From Gemmatales bacterium (lineage in GTDB: Bacteria; Planctomycetota; Planctomycetia; Gemmatales; HRBIN36): a DNA stretch of 64,000 bases. How positions within the stretch are numbered: the stretch's first letter is position 1; the number at the start of each line of letters is the position of its first letter. The translations under genes were made by a program, and so were the position numbers. Location: the NCBI GenBank assembly GCA_041640595.1, contig JBEPZY010000001.1, positions 768,001 to 832,000 on the forward strand, read 5' to 3'. The notes beneath the pieces are model-generated. The model saw only the letters and a program-made list of their open reading frames with translations, made no database searches and was not told where the DNA came from. This document shows, in pieces, positions 38,823 through 50,000 of this stretch.

Positions 38823-39719
38823 CTAACTCTGGGCCAGTTCGAGTTTATCGCCTTTGAAAACGCGAACCGTCCGAAACTCGCTCAGAAACTGCGCCAGGTC
38901 CGGAAAACGTTTCTTCGGGTCTTTTTCCAGCATCCGCATAATCATTTGGGCGAATTCGTCGGTGACTTCAGGATTGACGATTTGCGGCGAGGCGGGCTTA
39001 TCGTACAGATGCTTGCGTAGCAGGTCTGCGGGAGTGGCACCGGCAAACGGCAGCCGTCCGGTTACCAGTTCGTAAAGCGTCACGCCTAAGCTGTAAATGT
39101 CCGAAGCTGGCGTGATGTCGAGATTCTGTATCTGTTCTGGCGACATGTACGACGGTGTACCGGCGGCTGTGGTTTTCTTGCCAAAAATTCGGCTCAGCCA
39201 GCTGGACTTTTGAATTTTCTTCGTCAGCGCGAAGTCAATGATTTTCACCTCGGCACTGCTGTTGACCAGGATGTTGTGCGGTTTCACGTCGCGGTGTACA
39301 TAGCCGCGCTGGTGAACATGAAGCAGTCCCTTGGCAATCTGTTCAATGATGCGGTGAATGTTCTCCCTCACCACCAGGTATTGCTGCAACGGTTCCCCGG
39401 TGCGCGGATCCACTCGGCGGGCCGTGCGCAATTTCAAATTCATGCCCGGGAAAAACTCCATGACGATGTAGGGATTCTTGCGATCCGGCCCGAGTTTGAT
39501 CACGCGGATGACGTTGGGGTGAGAAAACTTCTGTCCCACCTCCCCTTCGTGAATCATCATCTGAATGTGCTGGGGAGAGCGAAGCGATTCTGGCAGCAAC
39601 ACTTTGACAGCATAGTGGCGACCGCTGGTGGGCTCGACTGCCTCCCAGACCTGACTGGTCTGCCCCTGGCTCATCAATTTCAGCAACCGATAGCCGCCAA
39701 CAATATCAACCGCTGACAC
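38823..39719 (-). CDS. Hanks-type Ser/Thr protein kinase, stand-alone cytoplasmic domain
   Basis: AVK, HPNVI, VHRDVKPHN, IIDFAL, GTPSYMSPEQ, DIYSLG. GTG start with AAGGAGG RBS. Confidence 0.92.
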   Translation of the reverse strand: MSAVDIVGGYRLLKLMSQGQTSQVWEAVEPTSGRHYAVKVLLPESLRSPQHIQMMIHEGEVGQKFSHPNVIRVIKLGPDRKNPYIVMEFFPGMNLKLRTARRVDPRTGEPLQQYLVVRENIHRIIEQIAKGLLHVHQRGYVHRDVKPHNILVNSSAEVKIIDFALTKKIQKSSWLSRIFGKKTTAAGTPSYMSPEQIQNLDITPASDIYSLGVTLYELVTGRLPFAGATPADLLRKHLYDKPASPQIVNPEVTDEFAQMIMRMLEKDPKKRFPDLAQFLSEFRTVRVFKGDKLELAQS

Positions 39720-39756
39720 CCGTTTCCTCCTTCTGCTGGATTGCTCCCCGGATATG

Positions 39757-40707
39757 CTACCAGTACTCCTCGAAGTGAATGTTGCCGCGGACTTTGCCTT
39801 CGTCGGGTCGGAAACCGCGTTGCATGAGTAGTTCTACGACTCCCGTCGGTTGCGGGAACTGCCATTGTCCAGTTTGCGGATCGCGTTTGGGCACACCAAT
39901 CATGTTAGGATTGCCACACAGATAGACGTGAGTCGTCGCCGGGTCCAGTGGTTGACCCAGCGCTTTTTCCAGCTCGCCGCTCACAATCAAATCCTGTATG
40001 TACATTTTACGGCCAGCATTTTCCGGCTCGCGAGTGGTCATCGGCAAGTAGCGATAGTTGGGAAACATGGAAACCAGCCGGCGGTGCGTTTCCAGATAAG
40101 CCAGGTCGCGCCAGTAGCGAACGCAACAAGCCGCCAGGATCCGTCCGCGATGACCGTCGCGCAACAGCCGCCAGATCATGTAATTGTGCGGCGCTTCGCC
40201 CGTACCCGTGGAAAGGAAAAGCACTGTATCTTCCGGGCGGACGGGATCGAGCGTGTAATGGCCCGTGATTTTCTCGCCGAGGTAGAGGCGGTCGCCTTCG
40301 CGCAGAGCAAAAAGTCGTGGGGTCAGTGCGGGGGCTTTTTCCGTGCCACTTTGACGTACCAGGACGATGTAAAACTCCAGGAAATCGAGGACGTCGCGTT
40401 CGATCAAGCGCCCCTGTTCATCGAGAATCGGATGGGACAGCGAGTAAGCCCGTCGCACCACTCGCGTCCAGTCGGATGGGCTAAGGTGTTCCTCCTGGCA
40501 GCCGGGAACCCGCGGCTCCCAGTTGCCCAGACCGAGAGTGCTGTACTGTCCAGGCTTGTGAGGCGGTATAGGAAAATCCGGGCGCACCCGCATCACCGCC
40601 AGTTCACTATGGGGCTTGCGCAAGTAAACCAGCGTGGCGTTGTAATGTTTCTTTCGTAACTCCTGAATCTGCGCGGGAGTCAGGTACTCATCCATGCAAG
40701 TTTCCAT
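39757..40707 (-). CDS. Ferredoxin(flavodoxin)-NADP+ reductase family protein
   Basis: RRAYSL, STGTGEAP, YLCGNP, C-terminal HFEEYW. Confidence 0.9.
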   Translation of the reverse strand: METCMDEYLTPAQIQELRKKHYNATLVYLRKPHSELAVMRVRPDFPIPPHKPGQYSTLGLGNWEPRVPGCQEEHLSPSDWTRVVRRAYSLSHPILDEQGRLIERDVLDFLEFYIVLVRQSGTEKAPALTPRLFALREGDRLYLGEKITGHYTLDPVRPEDTVLFLSTGTGEAPHNYMIWRLLRDGHRGRILAACCVRYWRDLAYLETHRRLVSMFPNYRYLPMTTREPENAGRKMYIQDLIVSGELEKALGQPLDPATTHVYLCGNPNMIGVPKRDPQTGQWQFPQPTGVVELLMQRGFRPDEGKVRGNIHFEEYW

Positions 40708-40821
40708 TCAGGGGAGAAGTGAGCACATGGGATTCAGCCAGATGCCTGGCAGCGTTTTCCCCCGCTCTGTCCTAGCCGGAAAACGCTAGACTTGCAATCG
40801 TCAATTAGCCCGAGGAGCGCA

Positions 40822-41718
40822 TCATCCCACCTGGCGAATGGCCGACCGGAGAATCTCGATGCACGCGGCCATATCAGGCACCGGATTATCCGGATGGGCT
40901 TCGTATTCGATGCTGATGTAGCCGCGATGAGCCTTCTCATTAAACTTTACTTCCTTCAGCGCCCGAATGACGGCCACGACATCCAGGGCGCCCTTTCCAT
41001 AGATCACGTCGGTCTTCCGCTGGTTGTCGTGATCTTTGAGATGCAAGCCGAAGTTCCGTTCTCCCATAATGCGGATTTGCTCGGCCGGGTCAAGCTTCTT
41101 GCCCAATTGCGCCGCTCGAATCAAATGCCCGGTATCGAGACAGGTGCCGATCAGCGGGTGGTGATTCTTGACGGCCGCGAGAATGACCTCGGCACTGTAC
41201 CAGCGATGCAGTCCTTTGCCGACCGGCCCATGGGGATGGATGGCGATACTGATTTTGTACTGTTCGCAGAGTTTGTCCAGGCTGTCGAAACTGTCCGGGT
41301 CGGGGTCGGCACTGAAGTGTTTTATACCCAGAGCAGCGCCAAACTCAAAAAGCCGTTTGTTTGCGTCATGGTCTTTGGTGAAACGTTGCACGCCGTAAGC
41401 AATGGGGGTGATGCCATAATCGCTGCACATCCGCAGGATGGCCTTGATTTGCTCAGGCGTGCTATTGGCTGGGCAATGAGCCTGGAAAAACTCCACGTAG
41501 CGAAGGCCCAGTTGTTGAATGCGTTTCAACGCTCCTTCGCGGTCAAAATTGCGGAAACAATAACTTTGGGCCCCGACGATAAAATCACCGAACGAGTTTT
41601 TGGTGTCGGCCTGTTGTGCCCAGGCATTACTCGTCGGTTCGTGGACCGCCCAGCTTAGTCCGCCTATTGCCAGCCCGCTGGCTTGCAGAAATTGCCGCCG
41701 ATTCATCGCTTGGGTCAT
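40822..41718 (-). CDS. Tat-exported sugar-phosphate isomerase/epimerase (xylose-isomerase-like TIM barrel)
   Basis: Twin-arginine NRRQFL. QSYCFR, AIHPHG, LDTGH, LHLKD, ISIEYE. Confidence 0.9.
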   Translation of the reverse strand: MTQAMNRRQFLQASGLAIGGLSWAVHEPTSNAWAQQADTKNSFGDFIVGAQSYCFRNFDREGALKRIQQLGLRYVEFFQAHCPANSTPEQIKAILRMCSDYGITPIAYGVQRFTKDHDANKRLFEFGAALGIKHFSADPDPDSFDSLDKLCEQYKISIAIHPHGPVGKGLHRWYSAEVILAAVKNHHPLIGTCLDTGHLIRAAQLGKKLDPAEQIRIMGERNFGLHLKDHDNQRKTDVIYGKGALDVVAVIRALKEVKFNEKAHRGYISIEYEAHPDNPVPDMAACIEILRSAIRQVG

Positions 41719-41900
41719 GTCGTGTCTCCTTGGTGGTTCTGGGGGAAATGCGGCAGTCCGAATGGTTGGAGTACACGTTCAGCGTACAACCGAGCAAGCC
41801 GGCGTCAAGCCAACCACAAACGAGTCCCAGTGTGCTGGGCAGATTTCGCAATGGCCAGAGCAAACTCAGCTAGCTGACTGCCTGGGTTGACGATACCCTC

Positions 41901-43241
41901 TCAGCGTTCCGGACGGAAGATTAGAACAAGATGGTAAGCGTCCGCACGCACCTGACCGCGCTGTTGCCGAAACCGCTGGATTTCCTTGCTGGGCGGGTAA
42001 CGCAACGGACTGAATGCTACTGCCTGGGCTACGGCGGGCGGGACCGGCTGCCTCGCGGCTAGCTGTTCCAGCTTACGAAGTGTGTCGTCCGCGACCGTAG
42101 GGTCGGCAGCAGGAGATGGCGACGTGTCTGCTTCGGGAAGCAAGCCGGTCGGCAAACCCAACAACTCCGCCAGCCGTTGCCGAACTTCCGGAACCACAGG
42201 CTGGGCCAGTATGCTGCGGATTTGTGCTTCGCTCGGGGACTTGCCAGCACCGCGAACGTCTTCGCGATGCAAAGCGAGTAACAAGTCCCCTGCCTGGGCC
42301 CGGCTGAGATTTTCAACATAGACGAAAAAGACAGTGTTCTGGTGGTGATCCCAGAATTTTTTCAGCCGGCTGTCCAGCAGGACTGGAATCTTCTGACTTC
42401 GGAAAGCTGCCTGCACCCGCTCCCAGGTACGCCGACCGTCACGACAGGAAACATCCAGGACGAGGAACCGCTTGGTACCCAAAAGTTGCTGCACCTCGTT
42501 TTGACCGAAGTTTTGCCAGCTGAAGATGGGAGGCAAACTAAACTCCAGAGAACGGAACATCTGCCGATTGGTGTCGCGCAGAGGGCTGGTCAGTACAGCG
42601 GGATTACCGATGTCAGGCACCGCTGGGTTCCAATCACCGAGCACCAGCGGTTCCAGTTCGTTCCAGGCGGCTCGGGCCAGTTCATTAAGCGGCTCGATGG
42701 ACTGGGCCAATAATTGTTGCCAGCTCTCCCCTGCCCTAACGCTCTCCTGCCAGCCAGTACGCAGCTTCTGCTCAAGTTCGGCCCAGGTGTGCTTGGCTAA
42801 TTGATTCGCGTCAGATGCCACGGGCCCAGGTCTATCAAAATCTTGCTGTTGCGGCTGCGACTGGCTCGACGATGCCACAGAAGGCGATTCTGGTCTTGTC
42901 AAAATTTGACTGAGCAAGGCAAACGTGCCCCAGGCGATAAACGGTAGCAGCGCCGCCGCAACTGCTACCGGTGCCCAGCGACGGATACGTAACCGCCACA
43001 ATTGCCGTCGAGCCAACCTGGCCACTTCTTCGCGCAGGATCGCAACTACGCGGTCAGCGAAAGCCGTCGGCAATTGCTCCCGTCGCAGATACTTCAACCG
43101 CAGCGAGTCGCTGACCAGATCGGAGAAAAGCTGACGTGCTTCAACGGAGGTTCGCAACAGCAGTTCTGCGCGTTCTTTCTCCGCCGCGCTCAGAACGCCG
43201 TCCAAGTAGGCGGTCAGCAACTGTTTTTCTGCCTCGGTCAT
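41901..43241 (-). CDS. Putative membrane-anchored anti-sigma factor
   Basis: N-terminal LLTAYLDGVLS anti-sigma domain and a single TM helix. Lies directly downstream of an ECF sigma gene. Confidence 0.8.
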   Translation of the reverse strand: MTEAEKQLLTAYLDGVLSAAEKERAELLLRTSVEARQLFSDLVSDSLRLKYLRREQLPTAFADRVVAILREEVARLARRQLWRLRIRRWAPVAVAAALLPFIAWGTFALLSQILTRPESPSVASSSQSQPQQQDFDRPGPVASDANQLAKHTWAELEQKLRTGWQESVRAGESWQQLLAQSIEPLNELARAAWNELEPLVLGDWNPAVPDIGNPAVLTSPLRDTNRQMFRSLEFSLPPIFSWQNFGQNEVQQLLGTKRFLVLDVSCRDGRRTWERVQAAFRSQKIPVLLDSRLKKFWDHHQNTVFFVYVENLSRAQAGDLLLALHREDVRGAGKSPSEAQIRSILAQPVVPEVRQRLAELLGLPTGLLPEADTSPSPAADPTVADDTLRKLEQLAARQPVPPAVAQAVAFSPLRYPPSKEIQRFRQQRGQVRADAYHLVLIFRPER

Positions 43242-43262
43242 GGCTGTTTATTCCGTATGCCC

Positions 43263-43865
43263 TTATCTCTGCAATTCCGGCAAATAGGTCGAGTTGGCGC
43301 TATCTTTTTCCATTTCCTCCAGCAATCGCCGCAATTCGAGGCGTGCACGGTGAAGGCGACTGCGAACCGTGCCAATCGGGATGTCCAGCACCTCGGCAAT
43401 TTCCTCGTAGCTAAGTTCGTCCATGTCGCGGAGGATCAAAACCAGGCGATACTCGCTGGAGAGCTTGGCCAGGGCTTGTTGCAGGCGTTCGTCCTCTTCC
43501 CTGCGCTGCAAATGCCAGTCTGGGCTGGCCGAAACCGACCGATCCGGCGGCTCGTTGGGGTGTGCTGAATCCTCTGCTTCTGGCAAGGCCCGTGAAGTTT
43601 TTGCCCGTCGCTTCAAGTCCAGGGCGTGATTCAGAGCAATCCGGTAGAGCCAGGTAAAAAATTGCGAGCGACCGCGAAATTTTTTCAGATTGCGAAATGC
43701 GCTCAGGAAGGCCTCCTGAGCGACATCGCGGGCATCCTCCGGATTGCCGAGGAAGCGAAAAAGAGCATTGTAAAGGCGATCCTGGTAGCGGCGCACCAGC
43801 TCGCCAAAGGCTTCCACGTGGCCCTGCAAGCAGCGGTCAATCAGAAGGCGATCTTCGTCGGCCAC
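43263..43865 (-). CDS. ECF RNA polymerase sigma factor
   Basis: AFGELVRRYQ, DARDVAQEAF, FFTWLYRIALN, SYEEIAEVLDIPIGTVRSRLHRAR. Confidence 0.95.
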   Translation of the reverse strand: MADEDRLLIDRCLQGHVEAFGELVRRYQDRLYNALFRFLGNPEDARDVAQEAFLSAFRNLKKFRGRSQFFTWLYRIALNHALDLKRRAKTSRALPEAEDSAHPNEPPDRSVSASPDWHLQRREEDERLQQALAKLSSEYRLVLILRDMDELSYEEIAEVLDIPIGTVRSRLHRARLELRRLLEEMEKDSANSTYLPELQR

Positions 43866-44034
43866 GCCTTCCCTCTCTTTAGACGTGGGCGGGCGACGCC
43901 GAGTTCCCTGCGACGGTTGCTAGCGCTAGCATACAATGATTTCCGGTCAACGGGTATCTCTTGCCTCTGGTTGCAGTTCTGAAAAGCCAACACGCCCGGG
44001 CAGCAGCTTTTCCTCTGTAATAATCCTAGCAGCA

Positions 44035-47000
44035 ATGGAAACGAGCAAGATTGTCATCCGCGGTGCACGCGAGCATAATCTGCAAAATGTTTGCCTGGAA
44101 TTACCACGCAATCGCCTGATCGTGTTCACCGGGGTAAGTGGCTCAGGCAAAAGCTCGCTGGCTTTCGACACTCTTTATGCCGAAGGACAACGGCGTTACC
44201 TGGAGTCGCTGTCCAGCTATGCGCGACAGTTTCTAGGCCAGCTGCAAAAGCCAGACGTGGACTATCTCGGCGGACTTTCGCCGTCCATCAGCATCCAGCA
44301 AAAAACGGCCGGACGCAATCCTCGTTCGACCGTAGGAACGATTACCGAAATTTACGACCTGCTGCGTGTCTTATTTGCCCGAGTGGGACGGGGTCATTGT
44401 CCGCGATGCGGCCGACCAGTCCAGGCCCAGAGCCGCGACCAGATCGTCGAGCAGATTCTGGCATTACCCGAGCGTACCCGTATCCTCGTCCTCGCGCCGG
44501 TGATTCGTGAGCAAAAGGGGGAATACAAGGATTTGTTTGCGGAAATGTTACGCCGCGGTTACCTGCGAGCGCGGGTGGATGGCCAGCTGGTGCGCATTAC
44601 CGAGGAATTGCGCCTGGATCGTCAGCTCAAGCACAACATCGAGATCGTAGTGGATCGCATCATGGTTGAAGCAAAAGCGCGAAGCCGAATTGCCGATGCG
44701 GTCGAACAGGCTCTCCAGCTCAGCGACGGTACCTTGCTGGTTCTAGTCGAGCCTGAAGAAACTGTGGACACTCGTGCGCGGCGTAATTCCGAGCAGGAAA
44801 GCAACCAGTCACTGCGGTCGAGGGAGATGCTGCTCTCGGCGAAATATGCCTGCGCCCATTGCCAGGTGAGTTACGATCCGCCGTCGCCGCAACTATTCAG
44901 TTTCAACAGCCCGCAGGGGATGTGCCGCGAGTGCGAGGGACTGGGCGAAAAATACGATTTCGACCCGGCGCTGCTGGTGCCCGACCCGAATCTGAGTTTT
45001 GCTGAAGGTGCGGTCGAAATTATCGGGCCTCTCCATGCCATGGGACGGTGGCGCCGCCACATTTTCGAGGGTGTCGCAGAGTCGCTCGGAATTGACCTGA
45101 ATCGCCCCTGGAAGAAACTGCCAGCACAACATCGGCACTGGCTGCTTTATGGAAGCGGCGACCGCCAAATCCTGTTTACCTGGCGTGGCCGAGATCATGT
45201 CTGGAAGCATTATGGCCAGTGGGAGGGGATAATTCCGCAACTGCTCCGCAGCTTCAAGAAAACTCCTACTGGGCCCCGACGTTTACAGCTGGAAAAGTAC
45301 ATGCGGATTGTCCCCTGCGCTGCCTGCCGAGGAACCCGCCTCAATCCGCAGGCTCGCTCGGTACGTGTTGGAGGCAAAACATTACCCGAAGTGTGTGCCC
45401 TTCCAATTGGTCAACTGGCGCGCTGGTTTGCCGTGCCCCAGTCCAACGATGACAGCAGCGATTATCTCGTTCGCCATCTCACGCCGCTGGAACAACATAT
45501 CGCTTCTGAGGTGCTCAAGGAAATTCGCACACGGTTACAGTTCCTGACCGATGTCGGTTTGCACTATCTGACGCTGGATCGGCCGGCACCCAGTTTGTCC
45601 GGTGGCGAGGCTCAGCGTATTCGGCTGGCGCGACAGATCGGAAGTGGGCTGGTGGGTGTGCTTTACATTCTCGACGAACCCAGCATTGGCCTGCATCCGC
45701 GTGATAACGCTCGCCTGCTGGCCAGCTTGAAGCAGCTCCGCGACATGGGCAACACGGTGGTGGTCGTGGAACACGATGAAGACACCATTCGGGCTGCCGA
45801 TTATGTGGTGGATTTCGGACCTGGTGCAGGTGTGCGTGGCGGTCGAATCGTCGCCTGCGGCAGTGTGGACGACATTTGTCAGCATCCGGAGAGCTTGACC
45901 GGGCAGTACCTGAGTGGCCGCAAACAGATACCGATTCCGCAAAGCCGTCGGTCTCCGGGAAAGGAACGGCTCCGCATTTACGGAGCCTGTCATAATAATC
46001 TCAAAAACATTGACGTGGAAATCCCCTTGGGTCTATTCGTTTGTGTAACCGGAGTGAGCGGTTCGGGGAAAAGCTCTTTAGTGAACGACGTGTTGTTACG
46101 AGCGTTGCGAAGGCACCTGAATAAAAACGACAGCGATGACGAAGACGACGAAACGAGCTTGCGACGGATTTTGCCTCCTGGTCGGCATCGAAAAATTACG
46201 GGCTTGCAGTATCTCGATAAAGTAATCGCCGTGGACCAATCTCCCATCGGGAGAACGCCGCGATCGAACCCGGCGACGTACATCAAGGTGTTTGACGAAA
46301 TCCGGCAATTGTTCGCAAGTTTGCCGACGGCCCGAGTTCGCGGATACAAACCAGGACGCTTTAGCTTCAACGTTCCGGGCGGACGATGCGAAGCCTGTCA
46401 GGGACACGGAGCGAATCGCCTGGAAATGGACTTTCTCGCCGATATCTGGGTGCCATGCGAAGTTTGCGAGGGACGACGCTTCAACCGTGAAACCCTGCAG
46501 GTCGAATTCAAGGGAAAGAACATCCACGAGGTGCTCCAGCTCGACGTGCAGGAAGCTCTGGAGCTGTTTGCCAATCAACCCAAAATCCGCGCCATGTTGC
46601 AGACCTTGCACGACGTTGGCTTGGATTACATCAAACTGGGACAACCTTCTCCCACGCTATCGGGTGGCGAAGCCCAGCGGATCAAACTCGCCCGGGAACT
46701 CTGCCGCAAAAGCACCGGCCGAACACTGTACATTCTGGACGAGCCAACGACTGGCTTGCACTTTGACGACATTGCCAAGCTTTTGCGTGTTCTGCACGAA
46801 CTGGTAGATCGCGGCAACACCGTTGTGGTGATTGAGCACAATCTCGAAGTTATCAAGACCGCCGACTGGGTCATTGATCTGGGCCCGGAAGGCGGTGAGG
46901 CCGGTGGTTACGTTGTCTGCGTCGGGCCGCCCGAAGCCATTGCTCAATGTCCGCAGTCTTATACCGGCCAGGCCTTGCAGCGTGTTTTAAACCCGGTAGC

Positions 47001-50000
47001 TCCCACCGCAATGCCAGCCGAAAAGGCCCGGGCACGCAGGTCTCGCCGCGAGCAAACTTCCGTTCCGTCACGTGAGCAAACTTCGACTTCGGATGCAAGT
47101 GATGCGCGAACCTCCGCCATCACCCACATCACCGTCCGGGGGGCTCAGCAGCATAACCTGAAAAACATTTCGGTTGCCCTGCCCCGCGAGCAGATGACGG
47201 TATTTTGCGGCCCGAGCGGTTCCGGCAAGACCTCTCTGGCGGTGGACACCATTTATGCTGAGGGACAGCGGCGGTACATCGAATCCCTCTCCGCTTATGC
47301 CCGACAGTTCCTGGGCGGCATTCAGAAGCCGAAGGTGGAACAAATCACAGGACTCTCGCCGGCCGTTTGTATCGAGCAGAAAAACACCAGCAAAAGTCCC
47401 CGTTCGACGGTGGGAACGGTTACGGAAATCCATGACTATTTGCGCGTGCTTTACGCCCGGCTTGGACAAATGTATTGCCCGCGTTGCCAGGTACCGGTCA
47501 GCACCCAGACCGCGGACCAGATCATAGACCGTTTGCTGAGTTTTCCGGAAGGCACCAGGCTTTACATTCTGGCCCCGCTAGAACGGCGCGAAACCGAGTC
47601 CTACGCCGATTTGTGGGAAGAAGTGCGGCGTGCCGGTTTCGTTCGAGTCCGAGTAGATGGGAAAACCTACACTCTGGAAGAAGTGCCGAACTTGGATCGT
47701 CGCCGGCGGCACGAGGTGCAGGTGGTCGTGGACCGGGCGGTGGTACGCGGCAACCAACGGTCACGCCTAGCCGATGCGGTGGAGCAGGCGCTCGAAGTGG
47801 GCTGCGGTGTTTTGCAGGTGGCGATAGTCGAGGACGGCCTGCCCGAGGAACGCTGGCGGCAGCAACAATTCAGCCAGCACCTGGCCTGTCATCAATGCGG
47901 GCGTGGCTTCGAGCCCCTCAACCCGCATCACTTTTCCTTCAACAGTCCGCTGGGCTGGTGCCCGGCCTGCGAAGGCCTGGGCGTCCAGCAGGGCGCTAAT
48001 CCCCATGCACTAATCCGCGATGCCGGTCGCAGTTTACGCGAAGGTGCGATTGTCGGCTGGTCGGACTTACGAGATTCGCTCTTCGGGCAAATCATGGAAG
48101 CAGTGGCCCGACATCACGGTTTGCCCCTGGATGTTCCGCTTCGCCAACTGGAGCCTGCTGCCCGGCGCATCCTTTTCTACGGAGGCGGGAATGTAAGCGT
48201 CGCTGTCAATCCGCTGTCAACGCCTACCGAAAAACTCCATGCGAATGATACTTGCGGCGACGCCTCGCAACCTGGTGAATTCGGAGATGCGTCTGGACGC
48301 TTCTGGGTTGAATACAAGGGGTTGTTTCCAGCACTGGAGGAGGCCGCGCGGATCAGTCCTGTCTGGCGACAGCGTCTGGAAGCGTTGATTAGCGACGTAC
48401 CTTGCTCGGTGTGCCAGGGAGCCCGACTCCGCGACGATGCCGCGGCGGTTCGCTTCCGCGGAAAAACCTTGCACGAGCTGGGAGAACTGCCGCTCGGCCA
48501 GGCCCTTGCCTTTTTCCGCGAACTACGCTTATCCCACCGGGAACAGCAGATCGCCGGCGAACTGGTACGGGAAATTGAGCAACGTTTGCAGTTCCTTGTG
48601 GACGTTGGTCTGGATTACCTGACGCTGAATCGCCCGGCACCGACTTTGTCTGGCGGGGAAGCACAGCGAATCCAGCTTGCCGCGCAACTGGGAAGCGGCC
48701 TGACCGGCGTCCTCTACGTGCTCGATGAACCGACCATCGGTTTGCATCCCCGTGACAATCGCCGCCTGATTCGCGCTTTGAAACAGCTACGCGACCTAGG
48801 CAACACGCTGATTTTGGTCGAACACGATCGCGAGGTGATTGCCACCGCCGATTACCTTGTAGATTTCGGTCCCGGTGCCGGTGACCGGGGTGGTGAGATT
48901 GTCGCCCATGGTTGCCCTGAGGCCGTCCAGAAACAGGAGCATTCGCTGACCGGGCAGTACCTCAGCGGCCGTCAGGCTATCCCGGTACCGACATCTCGCA
49001 GACCGCCCGCGCCGGACCGCTGGTTAATCGTGCGGGGAGCCCGACAAAACAACCTGAAAAACCTGGATGTCGCTTTTCCTCTGGGCTGCCTGATAGCAGT
49101 AACCGGGGTGAGTGGTTCAGGCAAAAGCTCGCTGGTGCAAGAAGTTCTGTATAACACGCTGGCTCGCAAATTGCATCGGGCTCGCACTCCGGTTGCCGCC
49201 TGCGATGACATCCTGGGCATTGAACACCTGGACAAGGTCATCAACGTGGATCAGAGCCCAATCGGTTCGACTCCGGCCTCGAACCCGGCCACGTACACTG
49301 GTGTGTTCGACCTGCTGCGTGAACTGTACGCCCAGCTACCGGAAGCCCGTGTTCGTGGTTACACGGCTCGCCGTTTCAGTTTCAATCGCCCGGGAGGTCG
49401 CTGCGAGGCTTGCGAGGGTAATGGCCAGAAACGTATCGAGATGCATTTCCTTCCCGATGTTTGGGTGGAATGCGAGGTGTGTCGCGGTAGCCGATATAAC
49501 GCTGAAACACTGCAAGTCCGTTACAAGGGCTATAGCATCAGCGACGTGTTGAACATGCGGGTGAGCCAGGCGCTGGAGGTGTTTGCTTCTTTTCCGCGTA
49601 TCCGCCGCATTTTACAAACCCTGGCCGATGTCGGGCTCGATTACGTCGCATTAGGCCAGCCAGCGCCAACTTTGTCCGGCGGGGAAGCGCAGCGCGTGAA
49701 GCTCGCCGCCGAACTGGCCCGACCGAACACTGGTCGAACCCTGTATATCCTCGATGAGCCGACCACCGGTTTGCATTTCGAAGACATCCGCAAACTGTTG
49801 GAGGTGCTGCATCGCTTGGTAGATCTGGGCAATACGGTCGTCGTTATCGAACACAACCTGGACGTCATCAAAACCGCGGATTGGGTCATTGATCTCGGTC
49901 CCGAAGCAGGCGACGCAGGTGGCTATGTGGTCGCCTGCGGGACGCCGGAAGACGTGACCAGTGGTCGCCAACCAACCACCGCTCCGCCGAAACTGCCCGA

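Noticed and set aside
44015..44032. LexA (SOS) box upstream of uvrA
   Set aside because: CTGTAATAATCCTAGCAG has CTG-N12-CAG spacing, not CTG-N10-CAG. It more likely contains a -10 element.
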